The notes: generated by a model from the letters alone, not told the origin. A stretch of 61,710 nucleotides of DNA from Candidatus Equicola stercoris (GCA_018065415.1 JAGHTI010000013.1:1-61710), one strand, 5' to 3'; shown: positions 19,418-29,683, counted from the stretch's first letter. A program made the numbers and translations.

Positions 19418-21472
19418 TCCTCTCCCATAAGCGGTGACGAGTTGTCTTATATGATTATTAAATTCGTTTTCATTCATCAAGTCATCTATGTTCAGATGCA
19501 TACGGTATCGCCAATAGTGACGAGAGTTGGCAGGAACGTTTATTCTCTCTGCCGATGCATCTGGATAACGCAGTTTTTCATCCACGGAAAGCCAATCTTG
19601 AAGGGTGAGGATGCACAGTATTGATGGTGAGGCGAGATGACTGGATATGATGCGTTCACATATCCATCCTGATGCCTTCTCAGGTGCTTCGCCCTGCAAT
19701 CCGAGTACATTGTTGTAATAACGCTGGGAGGCTTCAGGATTTTCTTCCCACCATCCGCGCATCGTTGCTGTGTCGTGTGACGATATGGTACAGACGGACA
19801 TGCTTGGATAGTATGCCGGATTGCCGAACTCAACACCTACATCCTTCGGCATCGTCTGTATCTCGAGCGAGAGGATGTTCAGTTGACGCATCACCCACGG
19901 CACACAAGCCGGCACCATGCCGAGGTCTTCTCCACAGCATATCATCAGATTGCTTGCCGTGAGGGCTGGCAGTTTCTTCATTGCTTCCTCATACCAGAAC
20001 TGGTTGTGACGATGATAGAAGAAATGATCGTAGAGATTTGTATAAGCCCATTTCTCATAGTCAGAGAGATGCTGGTACGCGTCTGTTCTGTGTCCATTGA
20101 TACGAGGATGGTATCTATCATCAGAAATCTTTATAAACAAGCCGTCCAACTGTTCTGCACGAAGATACAAGCCATAATTCATTATGTCCTGTGCCGACAG
20201 TGGCAGACAAGGACTGAAGAACCCCTCCAAACCAGTGTTGTACCGTGTCGGTATGGACCATATACGGAAGAAGCCAAGGATATGGTCAATACGGTAAGCG
20301 GTAAAATACTGCGCCATATGTTGCATACGCTGTTTCCACCACTGATAACCGTCTTTTGCCATTTCTTCCCAGTTGTATGTAGGGAAACCCCATATCTGTC
20401 CGTCTTCGGAGAATGCATCAGGAGGAGCACCGGTACTCATATCCATATTGAACAATGCAGGATGCGTGGCCACCTCCACGCTGTCACGACTGACGCCGAT
20501 AGGTATGTCGCCCTTGAGGATGATACCCTTCTGACGTGCATAGTCGGATGCCGACTTCAGATGGCAATGCAACATATACTGGGTGTAGTAGTAAAGGTTA
20601 TGAGGTTCTGACGTTATGACGTTATGAGGTTCTGACGTTATGACGTTATGAGGTTCTGACGTTATGACGTTATGAGGTTCTGACGTTATGAGGTTCTGAG
20701 GTTCTGAGGTTTTGAGGTTTTGCACTTCTGAACTTCTGAACTTCTGAACTTCTAAACTTTTTTTGTCTTGGTCTTCTTTAGCACGGAAAGCAGCATAATC
20801 TACGAGCCAGTTTTTATTGTTTTCAAACCACTCTTTGTATTCCTTTGTCTTCAGTACAGTATCGCCATTGGCATCATACGCCATCCTTATGCACTTCCGT
20901 TTCAGCAGGTTCACCTTTTCGTAGTCAATCTGTGCAAGTTCATTCAACGCCTTCAGTTCTTTCATCACGTCATCGCATTCCTTCGTCTTCGGCAAGGATA
21001 CCTGTCGCAAATCGAAGTACATCGGATGCAAGGCAATGGTAGAGATGCTGTTGTACGGGTATGAGTCTTTCCACGTGCCTGTTATTGTAGTATCATTGAT
21101 AGGAAGTATCTGAATAGCCTTCAGCCCCATCTTTTCTGCCCAGTCAACGAGCATCTTCAAGTCACCAAAGTCCCCTACCCCCTGACTGCCGGAGGAACGC
21201 AAGGAGAATACCGGCACAGCGATACCTGCCACACGTTTTGGCTCACGCCAACCATCATCATCCTTATAATGAGGGGCGCACGCCATTTCCTGACGCACAA
21301 TATATCCGTCACGGACAATGCAGTATCTGAACACACCATCTTCCGGTATGTCCGCATCGCCTTCCCAGTTCTCACCGTCAACGCAGTTGAGCATGATAAG
21401 TTTTTCCTGCCCCTCTACCCTGACGGCGACATTCTCGCCCCAATTAGTTCTATAATTTATCTTAAATTGCAT
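19415..21472 (-). CDS. malQ: 4-alpha-glucanotransferase (GH77) with N-terminal CBM20-like remnant and an in-frame repeat insertion
   Basis: IQILPINDT, LKGDIPIG, GAPPDAFS, YRIDHILGFFRIW, EDLG, SSHDT. Confidence 0.93.
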   Translation of the reverse strand: MQFKINYRTNWGENVAVRVEGQEKLIMLNCVDGENWEGDADIPEDGVFRYCIVRDGYIVRQEMACAPHYKDDDGWREPKRVAGIAVPVFSLRSSGSQGVGDFGDLKMLVDWAEKMGLKAIQILPINDTTITGTWKDSYPYNSISTIALHPMYFDLRQVSLPKTKECDDVMKELKALNELAQIDYEKVNLLKRKCIRMAYDANGDTVLKTKEYKEWFENNKNWLVDYAAFRAKEDQDKKSLEVQKFRSSEVQNLKTSEPQNLITSEPHNVITSEPHNVITSEPHNVITSEPHNLYYYTQYMLHCHLKSASDYARQKGIILKGDIPIGVSRDSVEVATHPALFNMDMSTGAPPDAFSEDGQIWGFPTYNWEEMAKDGYQWWKQRMQHMAQYFTAYRIDHILGFFRIWSIPTRYNTGLEGFFSPCLPLSAQDIMNYGLYLRAEQLDGLFIKISDDRYHPRINGHRTDAYQHLSDYEKWAYTNLYDHFFYHRHNQFWYEEAMKKLPALTASNLMICCGEDLGMVPACVPWVMRQLNILSLEIQTMPKDVGVEFGNPAYYPSMSVCTISSHDTATMRGWWEENPEASQRYYNNVLGLQGEAPEKASGWICERIISSHLASPSILCILTLQDWLSVDEKLRYPDASAERINVPANSRHYWRYRMHLNIDDLMNENEFNNHIRQLVTAYGRG
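20595..20758. repeat. 8-bp-period array inside malQ encoding (TSEPHNVI)n
   Basis: About 20 units on the coding strand: AGTTCAGA, ACCTCAGA, ACCTCATA, ACGTCAGA, ACGTCATA. Confidence 0.92.
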
Positions 21473-21489
21473 ATTTTTAAGGTTTTACG

Positions 21490-21570
21490 GTTATCGTTAT
21501 CGTAGCGTCAGCGTATCGTAGTGAAACGTATCGTAGCGAAGCGTATCGTAGCGAAGCGTATCGTTATCGT
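21490..21570. repeat. GTATCGTA/mini-hairpin micro-array A4
   Basis: GCGTCAGC, GTGAAAC and GCGAAGC x2 between octamers; between susA and malQ. Confidence 0.9.
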
Positions 21571-21575
21571 CTTTG

Positions 21576-23387
21576 TCATTGTAAAATGTATATCTGTCGT
21601 GGAGCGAGAGAGAGAGTTTCATTCAACGTCACGTCTTTCTCGCTGATGACATCGTGCATCACAGGATGCAACACCTCCCTGTACGTATTCAGATCCAGAG
21701 TCTGCTGCTTGCTTGTACCGTTTATCATCACCGTTACCGTCTTACCGCCCAGCGTGCGCGCATACACGTACACGCCATCACGTATGGAATAATGTGTCAT
21801 CTTGCCGAAAGCCACCACCCTGTTGCCCTTGCGCCAGTTGAGGAGTTTCTTTGTAAAATCGAAATACTCATTCTGCAAGGCAGTGCGCCCCTCTTTCGTA
21901 AAGGCCTCTGCAGGGATTATCTTCCTCATGCCACCGTCGCCCATACCTTTATGTGCAGCCATGCCAAGTTCGTCACCGTAATACAGTTGCGGAATGCCAC
22001 GCAGAGTGAGCAACAGCGTCAGAGCCTGCTTGTACCTTGTGATATTCGGCACGAGTTCGTCCTTACTCTGAAAACGGCTTGTATCATGATTGCCGAGGAA
22101 CGTCAACAGATGATTTACGTCAGCATAGACAAAATCTTGCGAAATATACTCATATAGTTTTGCAAAACCATAGTCCCAAGAATCTGTTTCCTCATCCACC
22201 ACCCTATTGAGCAGGTACATCAGTGGAAAGTCCATGACCGTTGGCAGATAGGTATTCCTTTCGTTAAGTTTCGAATCTTTCTGCCAGTATGATACGGCAA
22301 CATTGTTTCCCATCCATGCTTCTCCCACGATGTTGATGTCCGGATATTCTTCGTTCATCTCCCTGCACCATCTTGCCATGAAGTCGAAATCATTGTATGG
22401 ATATGTATCCTGACGTATTCCGTCAAGATGCGCATATTCCACCCACCACTTGCTCGCCTGTATCAGATAGTCAGCAAAGAACCTGTTGCTCTCGTTCACG
22501 TCAGGCATGCCAAGAGTAAACCATCCGTTTATGGTAAGGTCTCTGTCGATGTCTGACACATGAATGTCGCTGGCAGCAGAAGTCTTGTATGTACTCTGCG
22601 TAAACGTACTGTTATAATGAAACCAACTATCGTCAGGGCGGTCTTCAAAGAGGAAGTTACCGCTACCGCAATGATTGAACACTATATCCTGTATCACCTT
22701 GATACCACGTTGATGACAAGCCTCCACCCATGCACAGTAGTCGTCATTGGTACCGAAGCGAGGGTCAGTGAGGTAATAGTCGGTTATGGCATAGCCGTGA
22801 TAACTCTCACGCTCCATGTCGTTCACGAGTGTCGGCGTAGGCCAGATGGCTGTGATACCCAGTTCCTGCAGATAGTCAAGACGGTCTGTCATCCCTTTGA
22901 GGTCGCCACCTCGTCTGCCGTAGTCTTCCTCATTCCAAGTGTTTTCTTTCATGCCCTTGAACATCTTTTTCTTCACGGCATCAGAGAACCCCTTTGCGAA
23001 ACGGTCTGGCATGAGCAGATACACCACGTCGCTTGCATCCCAACTGCCGTGATAGGCATTGGTGCGCTCTTTCAGTTCGTATCTGTATTTCTTCGATTTT
23101 GAGCCTTTGTGCAGCACAATGTCGAACTTCTGTGCCGGTGCATCTTTCGTATCCACATAGAAGATCACGTAGTTAGGATTGTCAAAACTGTTCACTTCAT
23201 CAACGACAAGTCCCTTCGCACCCTTCAACTCTACGGAAGAACCGCCAATATTTGTATCATGAATGAGTATCTGTAATCTTGTATTTTTCATACCCGCATA
23301 CCAGTGTAGAGGATGCACGTGAGTGGCATTTACACCTACTGTACAGAGACAGCACACAGCAATAAAAATAAAATGCTTTATCTTCAT
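21576..23387 (-). CDS. susA: GH13 neopullulanase/cyclomaltodextrinase (SusA-like)
   Basis: PLHWYAGMKN, DVVYLLMPDRF, YHGYAITD, DIVFNH, GIRQDTYPY, GEAW, NHDTSRF; signal peptide from ATG 23387. Confidence 0.92.
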   Translation of the reverse strand: MKIKHFIFIAVCCLCTVGVNATHVHPLHWYAGMKNTRLQILIHDTNIGGSSVELKGAKGLVVDEVNSFDNPNYVIFYVDTKDAPAQKFDIVLHKGSKSKKYRYELKERTNAYHGSWDASDVVYLLMPDRFAKGFSDAVKKKMFKGMKENTWNEEDYGRRGGDLKGMTDRLDYLQELGITAIWPTPTLVNDMERESYHGYAITDYYLTDPRFGTNDDYCAWVEACHQRGIKVIQDIVFNHCGSGNFLFEDRPDDSWFHYNSTFTQSTYKTSAASDIHVSDIDRDLTINGWFTLGMPDVNESNRFFADYLIQASKWWVEYAHLDGIRQDTYPYNDFDFMARWCREMNEEYPDINIVGEAWMGNNVAVSYWQKDSKLNERNTYLPTVMDFPLMYLLNRVVDEETDSWDYGFAKLYEYISQDFVYADVNHLLTFLGNHDTSRFQSKDELVPNITRYKQALTLLLTLRGIPQLYYGDELGMAAHKGMGDGGMRKIIPAEAFTKEGRTALQNEYFDFTKKLLNWRKGNRVVAFGKMTHYSIRDGVYVYARTLGGKTVTVMINGTSKQQTLDLNTYREVLHPVMHDVISEKDVTLNETLSLAPRQIYILQ

Positions 23388-23417
23388 GGTTTCAAAATTG
23401 TTATATGTTAGTTTCTG

Positions 23418-23448
23418 CAAAAATAGTCAAAATATTATTAATGCCAAA
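23418..23448 (-). promoter_or_regulatory. Promoter for susA-malQ-malT (-33 TTTG, -7 TATTTTTG)
   Basis: Plus-strand CAAAAATA 23418-23425 and CAAA 23445-23448, 19-nt spacer. Confidence 0.55.
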
Positions 23449-23483
23449 AAAATGTGAATTTTTGCTCAATTAAAATCTCAATT

Positions 23484-24080
23484 CTACATCAAGACAACTG
23501 ACGACAAACCGAATGTAAACAAATTTATTTGATTTACTGAGGTGCGGAGGAAGAAAAGAATGAAATTCTTAACTGACGACAAACTGGCGGAGAGACTGAA
23601 TGTCTCTCTGCTTGCGACGGCAGAGATGTTAATGCTATCTCTGCTTGCGACGAATAGGGCTTGACCCGTAATGAGGAGTGCAAACAAATTTATTTGATTT
23701 GCTGAGACGAGGAGGAAGAAAAGAATGAAATTCTTAACTGACGACAAACTGGCGGAGAGACTAAATGTCTCTCTGCTTGCGACGACGAGCGGTTTATTGC
23801 TCCAAAGGAGTCCTTGTTTACAGGTAGCAGAGATAAACTCGTTTATACTTTGCCGAAGTGCGGAGGAAGAAAACAAAAGTTAATGCACTAACTTTGGCTA
23901 CACTCGGTTTGCACTAACTTTGGCTACGCCGAAATTAGGCTACATCAAGACAATGCCAGAAACGATGTTTCCTTTTTTATTGAGTTGAATAATCCCTGAA
24001 ATGAATTTCGCGATTTTTCAACTCAATAAAGAAATAAATAAAATTTATTTTGGCATTGTCCTTGATTTGCACTAATTTTG
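23484..24080. repeat. Composite of tandem and nested hairpin modules (three C units, three D hairpins, one full B element)
   Basis: 74-bp direct repeat 23546-23619 vs 23711-23784 (1 mismatch). CTGACGACAAAC at 23498, 23573 and 23738. GACAATGCCA/TGGCATTGTC stem 23949-23958/24051-24060. Confidence 0.88.
24049..24080 (+). promoter_or_regulatory. Promoter for the yggS operon, within the right arm of element B
   Basis: TTTG 24049-24052, 20-nt spacer, TAATTTTG 24073-24080. Confidence 0.7.
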
Positions 24081-24105
24081 TCAACGGAAAAACTCATTCT
24101 ATAGA

Positions 24106-24789
24106 ATGTGCGACAATATAAAAACAAGACTGAGCACTGTCTCTGATGAGATTACAGACGGGGTGCAGTTGGTGGCTGTAAGTAAATATCATCCTGCAGA
24201 GCAGATATGTGAGGCTTACGATGCTGGACAGCGTGTGTTCGGTGAGAGCCATGTGCAGGAACTGCTACAGAAGATAGACAACGCACTGCTTGCTGACAAA
24301 AAAGATTTACACTGGCACTTTATCGGACATCTGCAGAGGAACAAGGTAAAACATATTGTCCCGTTCATTGAACTGATACACTCTGTTGACTCCATGAAAC
24401 TGATGGAGGAGATTGACCGACAGGCGGAGAAATGCGACAGAGTCGTTGACATCCTGCTTGAACTGCATATTGCTGAGGAAGAATCAAAATATGGTCTTTC
24501 CATTGAGGAGTGCCGAGAGTTGCTTGAAGACGGAAAATGGCAGACATTAACGCACATCCACATCTGTGGCATAATGATGATGGCCTCCAATACTGATGAC
24601 GAGGAACAGATAAGACAGGAGTTTATGATGGCTTCTGACTTCTATACGGAACTGAAAAATAAGTTTTTCCGTGAGGATGACGACTTCTGCATCCGCAGCT
24701 GGGGAATGAGCGATGACTACAGAATCGCATTGGAGTGCAATTCAAATATGATAAGAGTTGGAACTAAAATTTTTGGAAATAGAATATGA
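24106..24789 (+). CDS. yggS: YggS family PLP homeostasis protein
   Basis: LVAVSKYHP, WHFIGHLQRNKVK, SWGMSDDY, MIRVGTKIFG. Confidence 0.95.
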   Translation: MCDNIKTRLSTVSDEITDGVQLVAVSKYHPAEQICEAYDAGQRVFGESHVQELLQKIDNALLADKKDLHWHFIGHLQRNKVKHIVPFIELIHSVDSMKLMEEIDRQAEKCDRVVDILLELHIAEEESKYGLSIEECRELLEDGKWQTLTHIHICGIMMMASNTDDEEQIRQEFMMASDFYTELKNKFFREDDDFCIRSWGMSDDYRIALECNSNMIRVGTKIFGNRI

Positions 24790-25235
24790 GCATTACAGTA
24801 AAGACTTCTACATGGTTTGAAGCCAAAGTAAGGAGCGAGAAGATGATGGCTGACGGAATGACAAAGACCGTCAAAGAAGATTACATCGTTGATGCCCTGT
24901 CGTTTACGGAGGCAGAAGCAAGGATAACGGAAGAAGTAAGTAAAGTAGTGAGCGGTGGACTGAATGTTGACGCATTGAAGGTTGCTTCGTATAAAGAGGT
25001 ATGTTTCGACGATGACGCCACAGCCGACAAATGGTATAAAGTAAAAATTCAGATGACCACCTATGACGAAAAGAAAGACAAGGAGTTACACAGAAACATT
25101 TACTATCTGATACAGGGAAGTTCTCTACAGAATGCTTACAAAAATGCAGAAGAAATAATGAAGGGTAGCATTGAGGATTATGTTGTTGCATCTGTGACAG
25201 AAACGAAGATACTCGATGTATTTATTTATGATTAA
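24786..25235 (+). CDS. DUF4494 family protein
   Basis: WFEAKVR, YIVDALSFTEAEARI, ETKILDVF; conserved Bacteroidales neighbour of yggS. Confidence 0.85.
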   Translation: MSITVKTSTWFEAKVRSEKMMADGMTKTVKEDYIVDALSFTEAEARITEEVSKVVSGGLNVDALKVASYKEVCFDDDATADKWYKVKIQMTTYDEKKDKELHRNIYYLIQGSSLQNAYKNAEEIMKGSIEDYVVASVTETKILDVFIYD

Positions 25236-25243
25236 TTTGCAAT

Positions 25244-26443
25244 ATGCCAAAAATTTCTAATCGTGGAATTGAAATGCCACAGTCGCCAATACGTAAATTG
25301 GCACCGCTGGCAAATGCTGCAAAAGAACGTGGCATAAAGGTCTATCACCTGAACATAGGACAACCCGACTTACCTACACCACAGGTGGCGTTGGATGCTA
25401 TACACAACATTGACATGAAGGTACTGGAGTATAGTCCTTCACAGGGGTATCAGCATTATAGAGAGAAACTGGTAAACTATTACAAGAAATACAACATCAA
25501 TGTGACGGCTGATGACATCATCATAACGTCAGGAGGTAGTGAGGCTGTACTGTTTGCTTTCCTGTCGTGCCTGAACCCTGATGACGAGATAATAGTTCCT
25601 GAACCTGCATACGCCAACTACATGGCTTTTGCCATTGCTGCCGGTGCAAAGATTCGCACAATAGCGACAACCATAGATGAGGGTTTTTCATTGCCAAAGG
25701 TGGAAAAATTTGAAAAACTGATAAACGAGCATACACGTGCAATACTGATATGCAATCCTAACAACCCTACGGGATACCTCTATACCAGAAGGGAGATGAA
25801 CCAGATTCGTGACCTCGTGAAGAAATACGACCTATACCTCTTTTCCGATGAAGTGTATCGGGAGTTCATCTATACTGGCAGTCCTTATATCAGTGCCTGT
25901 CATCTTGAGGGAATACAGGACAATGTGGTGCTTATAGACTCCGTATCAAAGCGTTACAGCGAATGTGGAATACGTGTAGGTGCACTGATAACAAAGAATG
26001 AAGAGGTACGCAAGGCTGTAATGAAATTCTGCCAAGCACGTCTTTCACCACCGCTGATAGGACAGATTGCTGCTGAGGCATCTCTTGAAGCACCAGAGGA
26101 GTATTCACGCGATGTCTATGACGAATATGTGGAGAGAAGAAAATGCCTCATCGATGGTCTCAACCGCATTCCGGGAGTTTATTCCCCTATCCCGATGGGA
26201 GCCTTCTATACTGTAGCAAAACTACCTGTCGATGACAGCGAGAAGTTCTGTGCATGGTGTCTTACCGATTTTAATTACGAAGGAGAAACGGTGATGACTG
26301 CTCCAGCTGCAGGATTCTATACCACACCAGGGGCAGGGAAAAACCAAGTACGCATTGCCTACGTACTAAAAAAGGAAGACCTTACACGTGCCTTGTTTAT
26401 TCTGGAAAAGGCACTGGAAGCATACCCCGGAAGAACTGAATGA
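25244..26443 (+). CDS. Class I/II PLP-dependent (aspartate-type) aminotransferase
   Basis: HLNIGQPD, CNPNNPTG, SDEVYREF, SVSKRYSECGIRVG. Confidence 0.93.
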   Translation: MPKISNRGIEMPQSPIRKLAPLANAAKERGIKVYHLNIGQPDLPTPQVALDAIHNIDMKVLEYSPSQGYQHYREKLVNYYKKYNINVTADDIIITSGGSEAVLFAFLSCLNPDDEIIVPEPAYANYMAFAIAAGAKIRTIATTIDEGFSLPKVEKFEKLINEHTRAILICNPNNPTGYLYTRREMNQIRDLVKKYDLYLFSDEVYREFIYTGSPYISACHLEGIQDNVVLIDSVSKRYSECGIRVGALITKNEEVRKAVMKFCQARLSPPLIGQIAAEASLEAPEEYSRDVYDEYVERRKCLIDGLNRIPGVYSPIPMGAFYTVAKLPVDDSEKFCAWCLTDFNYEGETVMTAPAAGFYTTPGAGKNQVRIAYVLKKEDLTRALFILEKALEAYPGRTE

Positions 26444-27738
26444 ACTTAGAATATTTTATTGCTAAAAAGATCTGTTTCGGCGATACGGAGAAAAGACGTA
26501 TCAGTGGTCCGGCGATAAAGATTGCAACCATCGGCGTTGCCATCGGCATTGCTGTGATGATAATGACCGTCTGTGTCATACTCGGATTCAAAGGTAGCAT
26601 AAACGACAAGATAACTGGTCTTGTGGGGGATATTCAAATTCAAAGTTTTTCTGGCATACAGTATGGCGTGAATACAGCCATGGAGATCACAGACACCTTG
26701 ACAGAAAGACTTGAAGAGGAGAATAAACGTACAGGGAACACCATGACATTCTCTCCGTATTGCAACGTTCAAGGCATTCTAAAGACAGACAATGACTTTC
26801 TCGGTATTACATTCAAGGGTATCGGTGAAGACTATGACACCACCTTCCTGCATAAAAGTCTCGTTGCAGGTTCCATACCATCATTCGAAACAGATAAAAA
26901 TCGCATCATCATATCACAGAGCATTGCTGATGTTTTGAACCTGAAATGCTACGATAAGGTTTTCGCATATTTCGTTGATGAAAATGGGGTGCGTGTACGC
27001 AAGTTTACTGTAGAAGGTATTTATCAGACCAACATGTCACAACATGACAACTCATTAGTTTTCATAGACATACAGACAGCACGCAAACTAAATAAATTTT
27101 CAGACACTCAATGTTCTGGAATTGAAATAAGATGCCACAAACAAGTCAACGCCATCGTAGGTGCAGATAATTCGGCAAGCGAAAATCAATTAATTGCAGA
27201 CAACATAAGAGAGCAAATAAATCCCCTCGTATTCTCTTCGGATAAAAACAGCACCGACAGTTACTGCGTACGTACCATTCAAGACATCTTTCCTGGCATC
27301 TTCGCATGGCTGGAACTACTGGATGTAAATGTATGGATAATACTGATTCTCATGGTTTGTGTTTCTGCTTTTACCATGACAAGTGGAGTGCTCATTATCA
27401 TATTGGAAAAAACAAAGATGATTGGTATGCTGAAGGCTCTGGGACAACGTAATGCCAGCATAAGAAAAGTTTTCCTATGGTTTGCAACATTCATAATATG
27501 CAAAGGAATAATAATAGGAAACATCATAGGCATCGGCATCTGCCTGCTACAGAAGTACACACATTTCATTCATCTTGACCCTACCGACTATTACGTCAGT
27601 TCTGTACCTATCGCCATTGATTGGGGGATATTGGTCTTGTTGAACATGGCAGTGATACTATTTGTTGTCATCGTTGAAATCATCCCTACTCTACTCATTT
27701 CTCACATTCGCCCATCAAATAGCATGAGATATGAATAA
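26440..27738 (+). CDS. LolC/E (FtsX/MacB-type) ABC transporter permease
   Basis: N-terminal TM, periplasmic domain, EKTKMIGMLKALG, YYVSSVP. Confidence 0.88.
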   Translation: MNLEYFIAKKICFGDTEKRRISGPAIKIATIGVAIGIAVMIMTVCVILGFKGSINDKITGLVGDIQIQSFSGIQYGVNTAMEITDTLTERLEEENKRTGNTMTFSPYCNVQGILKTDNDFLGITFKGIGEDYDTTFLHKSLVAGSIPSFETDKNRIIISQSIADVLNLKCYDKVFAYFVDENGVRVRKFTVEGIYQTNMSQHDNSLVFIDIQTARKLNKFSDTQCSGIEIRCHKQVNAIVGADNSASENQLIADNIREQINPLVFSSDKNSTDSYCVRTIQDIFPGIFAWLELLDVNVWIILILMVCVSAFTMTSGVLIIILEKTKMIGMLKALGQRNASIRKVFLWFATFIICKGIIIGNIIGIGICLLQKYTHFIHLDPTDYYVSSVPIAIDWGILVLLNMAVILFVVIVEIIPTLLISHIRPSNSMRYE

Positions 27739-27788
27739 ATGATTTTGCAAAAAACATTCATTTTCTTGGTCATCTCATAAAAAATCAG

Positions 27789-27796
27789 TACTTTTG
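27789..27796 (+). promoter_or_regulatory. -7 promoter box TACTTTTG
   Basis: TAnnTTTG match upstream of the first acyl-CoA ligase gene. Confidence 0.55.
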
Positions 27797-27872
27797 CAAT
27801 GTTTTGAGAAAATTTGAACAAAATTACTGAAGAATAGAACAAAAAATGCACACTACAATATAAATGTGTGCA

Positions 27873-27921
27873 AAAACCGCAAAACCGTATAACCACAAAA
27901 CCGTACAACCGTACAACCGCA
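27873..27921. repeat. Imperfect 8-bp tandem array (ANAACCGY)
   Basis: aaaaccgc aaaaccgt ataaccac aaaaccgt acaaccgt acaaccgc, just before ATG 27935. Confidence 0.85.
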
Positions 27922-27934
27922 AAAAAAACAAATT

Positions 27935-29620
27935 ATGAGGAGCAAGGAGATTTTAGATATTTCGCAAGTACCAAGTTTTAACCAGTGGATTCAAGATGCT
28001 ATCATCAAATTTTGGAATCTGGATGCGTTCACAGATTACAAAGGTAGCACGCTACAATATCATGACGTTGCAAGAAAGATTGAAAAGTTACACATTCTCT
28101 TTAAGGAAAGCGGAATAGAACACGGAGACAAGATTGCATTATGCGGACGTTCTACCGGAAACTGGTCAACAACCTTGTTCGCCATCTGGACATACGGAGC
28201 CGTGGCTGTTCCTCTGCTCAGCGAGTTCACACCAGAACAGATACATAATTGTACAAACCATAGTGATGCACGACTGCTGTTCATCGGTGATTATATTAAA
28301 ACCGTCATTGATGCAGAAGCGATGCCGAATCTGGAAGGAATTATTAACATCCCGGATTTCAGTTTGCATACTTGCAGAAATGAAAAACTACAATTTGCAC
28401 GCGAACACCTGAATGAAATGTTCGGAAAGAAATACCCTGAACGTTTCACACAAAAAGATGTTTCATACTATATAGAACAAGATCCTAACGAGTTGGCACT
28501 GATTAATTATACCAGTGGTACAACAGGAAAACCCAAAGGAGTAATGCTACCTTATCGTGCCATGTGGAGCAATCTGAACTTTGCATGGGAAGAGATGGGA
28601 AAAACATTGAAACCTGGAGAAAACTTCGTAAGTATGCTACCTCTTGCCCACATGTTCGGTATGGCTTTCGACCTCATCTATCCATTTACACAAGGACGTC
28701 ATGTGTATTTCCTCAGCAGAGTACCATCCCCTGCCCTACTCATGGGTATGCTGTCTGAAAAGAAACCAACACTTATTATCACCGTACCTTTGGTGATAGA
28801 AAAGATAGTCAGGAAGAAGATATTCCCGAAAATTCAGACACCGCGCATGAAACTGTTATTGCACACTCCAACAATACGTAAGAAGGTAAAACAGAAAATA
28901 CGCAAACAGTTGATGGATGCCTTCGGCGGACAGTTCTGCCAGCTCGTAATGGGTGGTGCCGCACTGAATGCTGAGGTGGAAGACTTCCTAAAAAGCATTG
29001 ACATCCCATATTGCGTTGGATACGGAGCAACGGAATGTGCACCGCTTATCACCTATTCTTACTATACAGACACAGAGCCAGGATGCTGTGGACGACCAGC
29101 AACAAACATTGAAGTCAAGATAAACAGCAACGACCCAATAAACTATCCTGGAGAGATATTGGTACGCGGTTTGAATGTGATGCTGGGATATTACAAAAAT
29201 GATGAAGCCACAAAAGAAGTTCTCGATGAAGAAGGATGGTATCATACTGGCGACCTCGGTGTGTTCAGCGAAGGTGGATACCTATACATTAAGGGACGTA
29301 TAAAGAATATGTTGCTTAGTTCCAATGGACAGAACATATACCCTGAAGAGATTGAAGATAAATTAAATTCGCTTCCATTCATCAACGAAAGTGTTGTGGT
29401 ACAGCGCGACCAGAAACTTGTCGCACTAGTTTATCCTGATTACGAAGAAGCCAAACACCTTGGATTGGATAAGGATGACCTTAACGCTGTAATGGAAGAA
29501 AATCTTAATACTCTTAACGAACAGATGCCTAATTATTCAAAAATCACAAAGATAGAATTGCGTGACGAAGAATTTGAAAAGACAGCAAAGAGATCTATCA
29601 GACGATTCCTGTATAAATAA
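27935..29620 (+). CDS. Long-chain fatty acid-CoA ligase (AMP-binding), paralog 1
   Basis: YTSGTTGKPKG, GYGATE, YHTGDLG, GRIKN. Confidence 0.93.
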   Translation: MRSKEILDISQVPSFNQWIQDAIIKFWNLDAFTDYKGSTLQYHDVARKIEKLHILFKESGIEHGDKIALCGRSTGNWSTTLFAIWTYGAVAVPLLSEFTPEQIHNCTNHSDARLLFIGDYIKTVIDAEAMPNLEGIINIPDFSLHTCRNEKLQFAREHLNEMFGKKYPERFTQKDVSYYIEQDPNELALINYTSGTTGKPKGVMLPYRAMWSNLNFAWEEMGKTLKPGENFVSMLPLAHMFGMAFDLIYPFTQGRHVYFLSRVPSPALLMGMLSEKKPTLIITVPLVIEKIVRKKIFPKIQTPRMKLLLHTPTIRKKVKQKIRKQLMDAFGGQFCQLVMGGAALNAEVEDFLKSIDIPYCVGYGATECAPLITYSYYTDTEPGCCGRPATNIEVKINSNDPINYPGEILVRGLNVMLGYYKNDEATKEVLDEEGWYHTGDLGVFSEGGYLYIKGRIKNMLLSSNGQNIYPEEIEDKLNSLPFINESVVVQRDQKLVALVYPDYEEAKHLGLDKDDLNAVMEENLNTLNEQMPNYSKITKIELRDEEFEKTAKRSIRRFLYK

Positions 29621-29683
29621 ATCGCGTTAATTGTTACGTTTTCTTGAATCATTGTTCAAAAAGTCACATTTTGCACAAAAAGT

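Noticed and set aside
23543-23553. TGCGGAGGAAG matches the 3' half of the in vitro selected ATP DNA aptamer (again near 23859)
   Set aside because: The partner GGGGGA strand and closing stem are missing; an 11-nt match found post hoc is compatible with chance.
23498-23745. Hammerhead ribozyme-like words CTGACGA and GAAA-stem-TA in the tandem C units
   Set aside because: Stem III can form (AAGAAT/ATTCTT), but only one nucleotide separates the putative cleavage site from CTGACGA and neither stem I nor stem II can be drawn. An Infernal scan would settle it.
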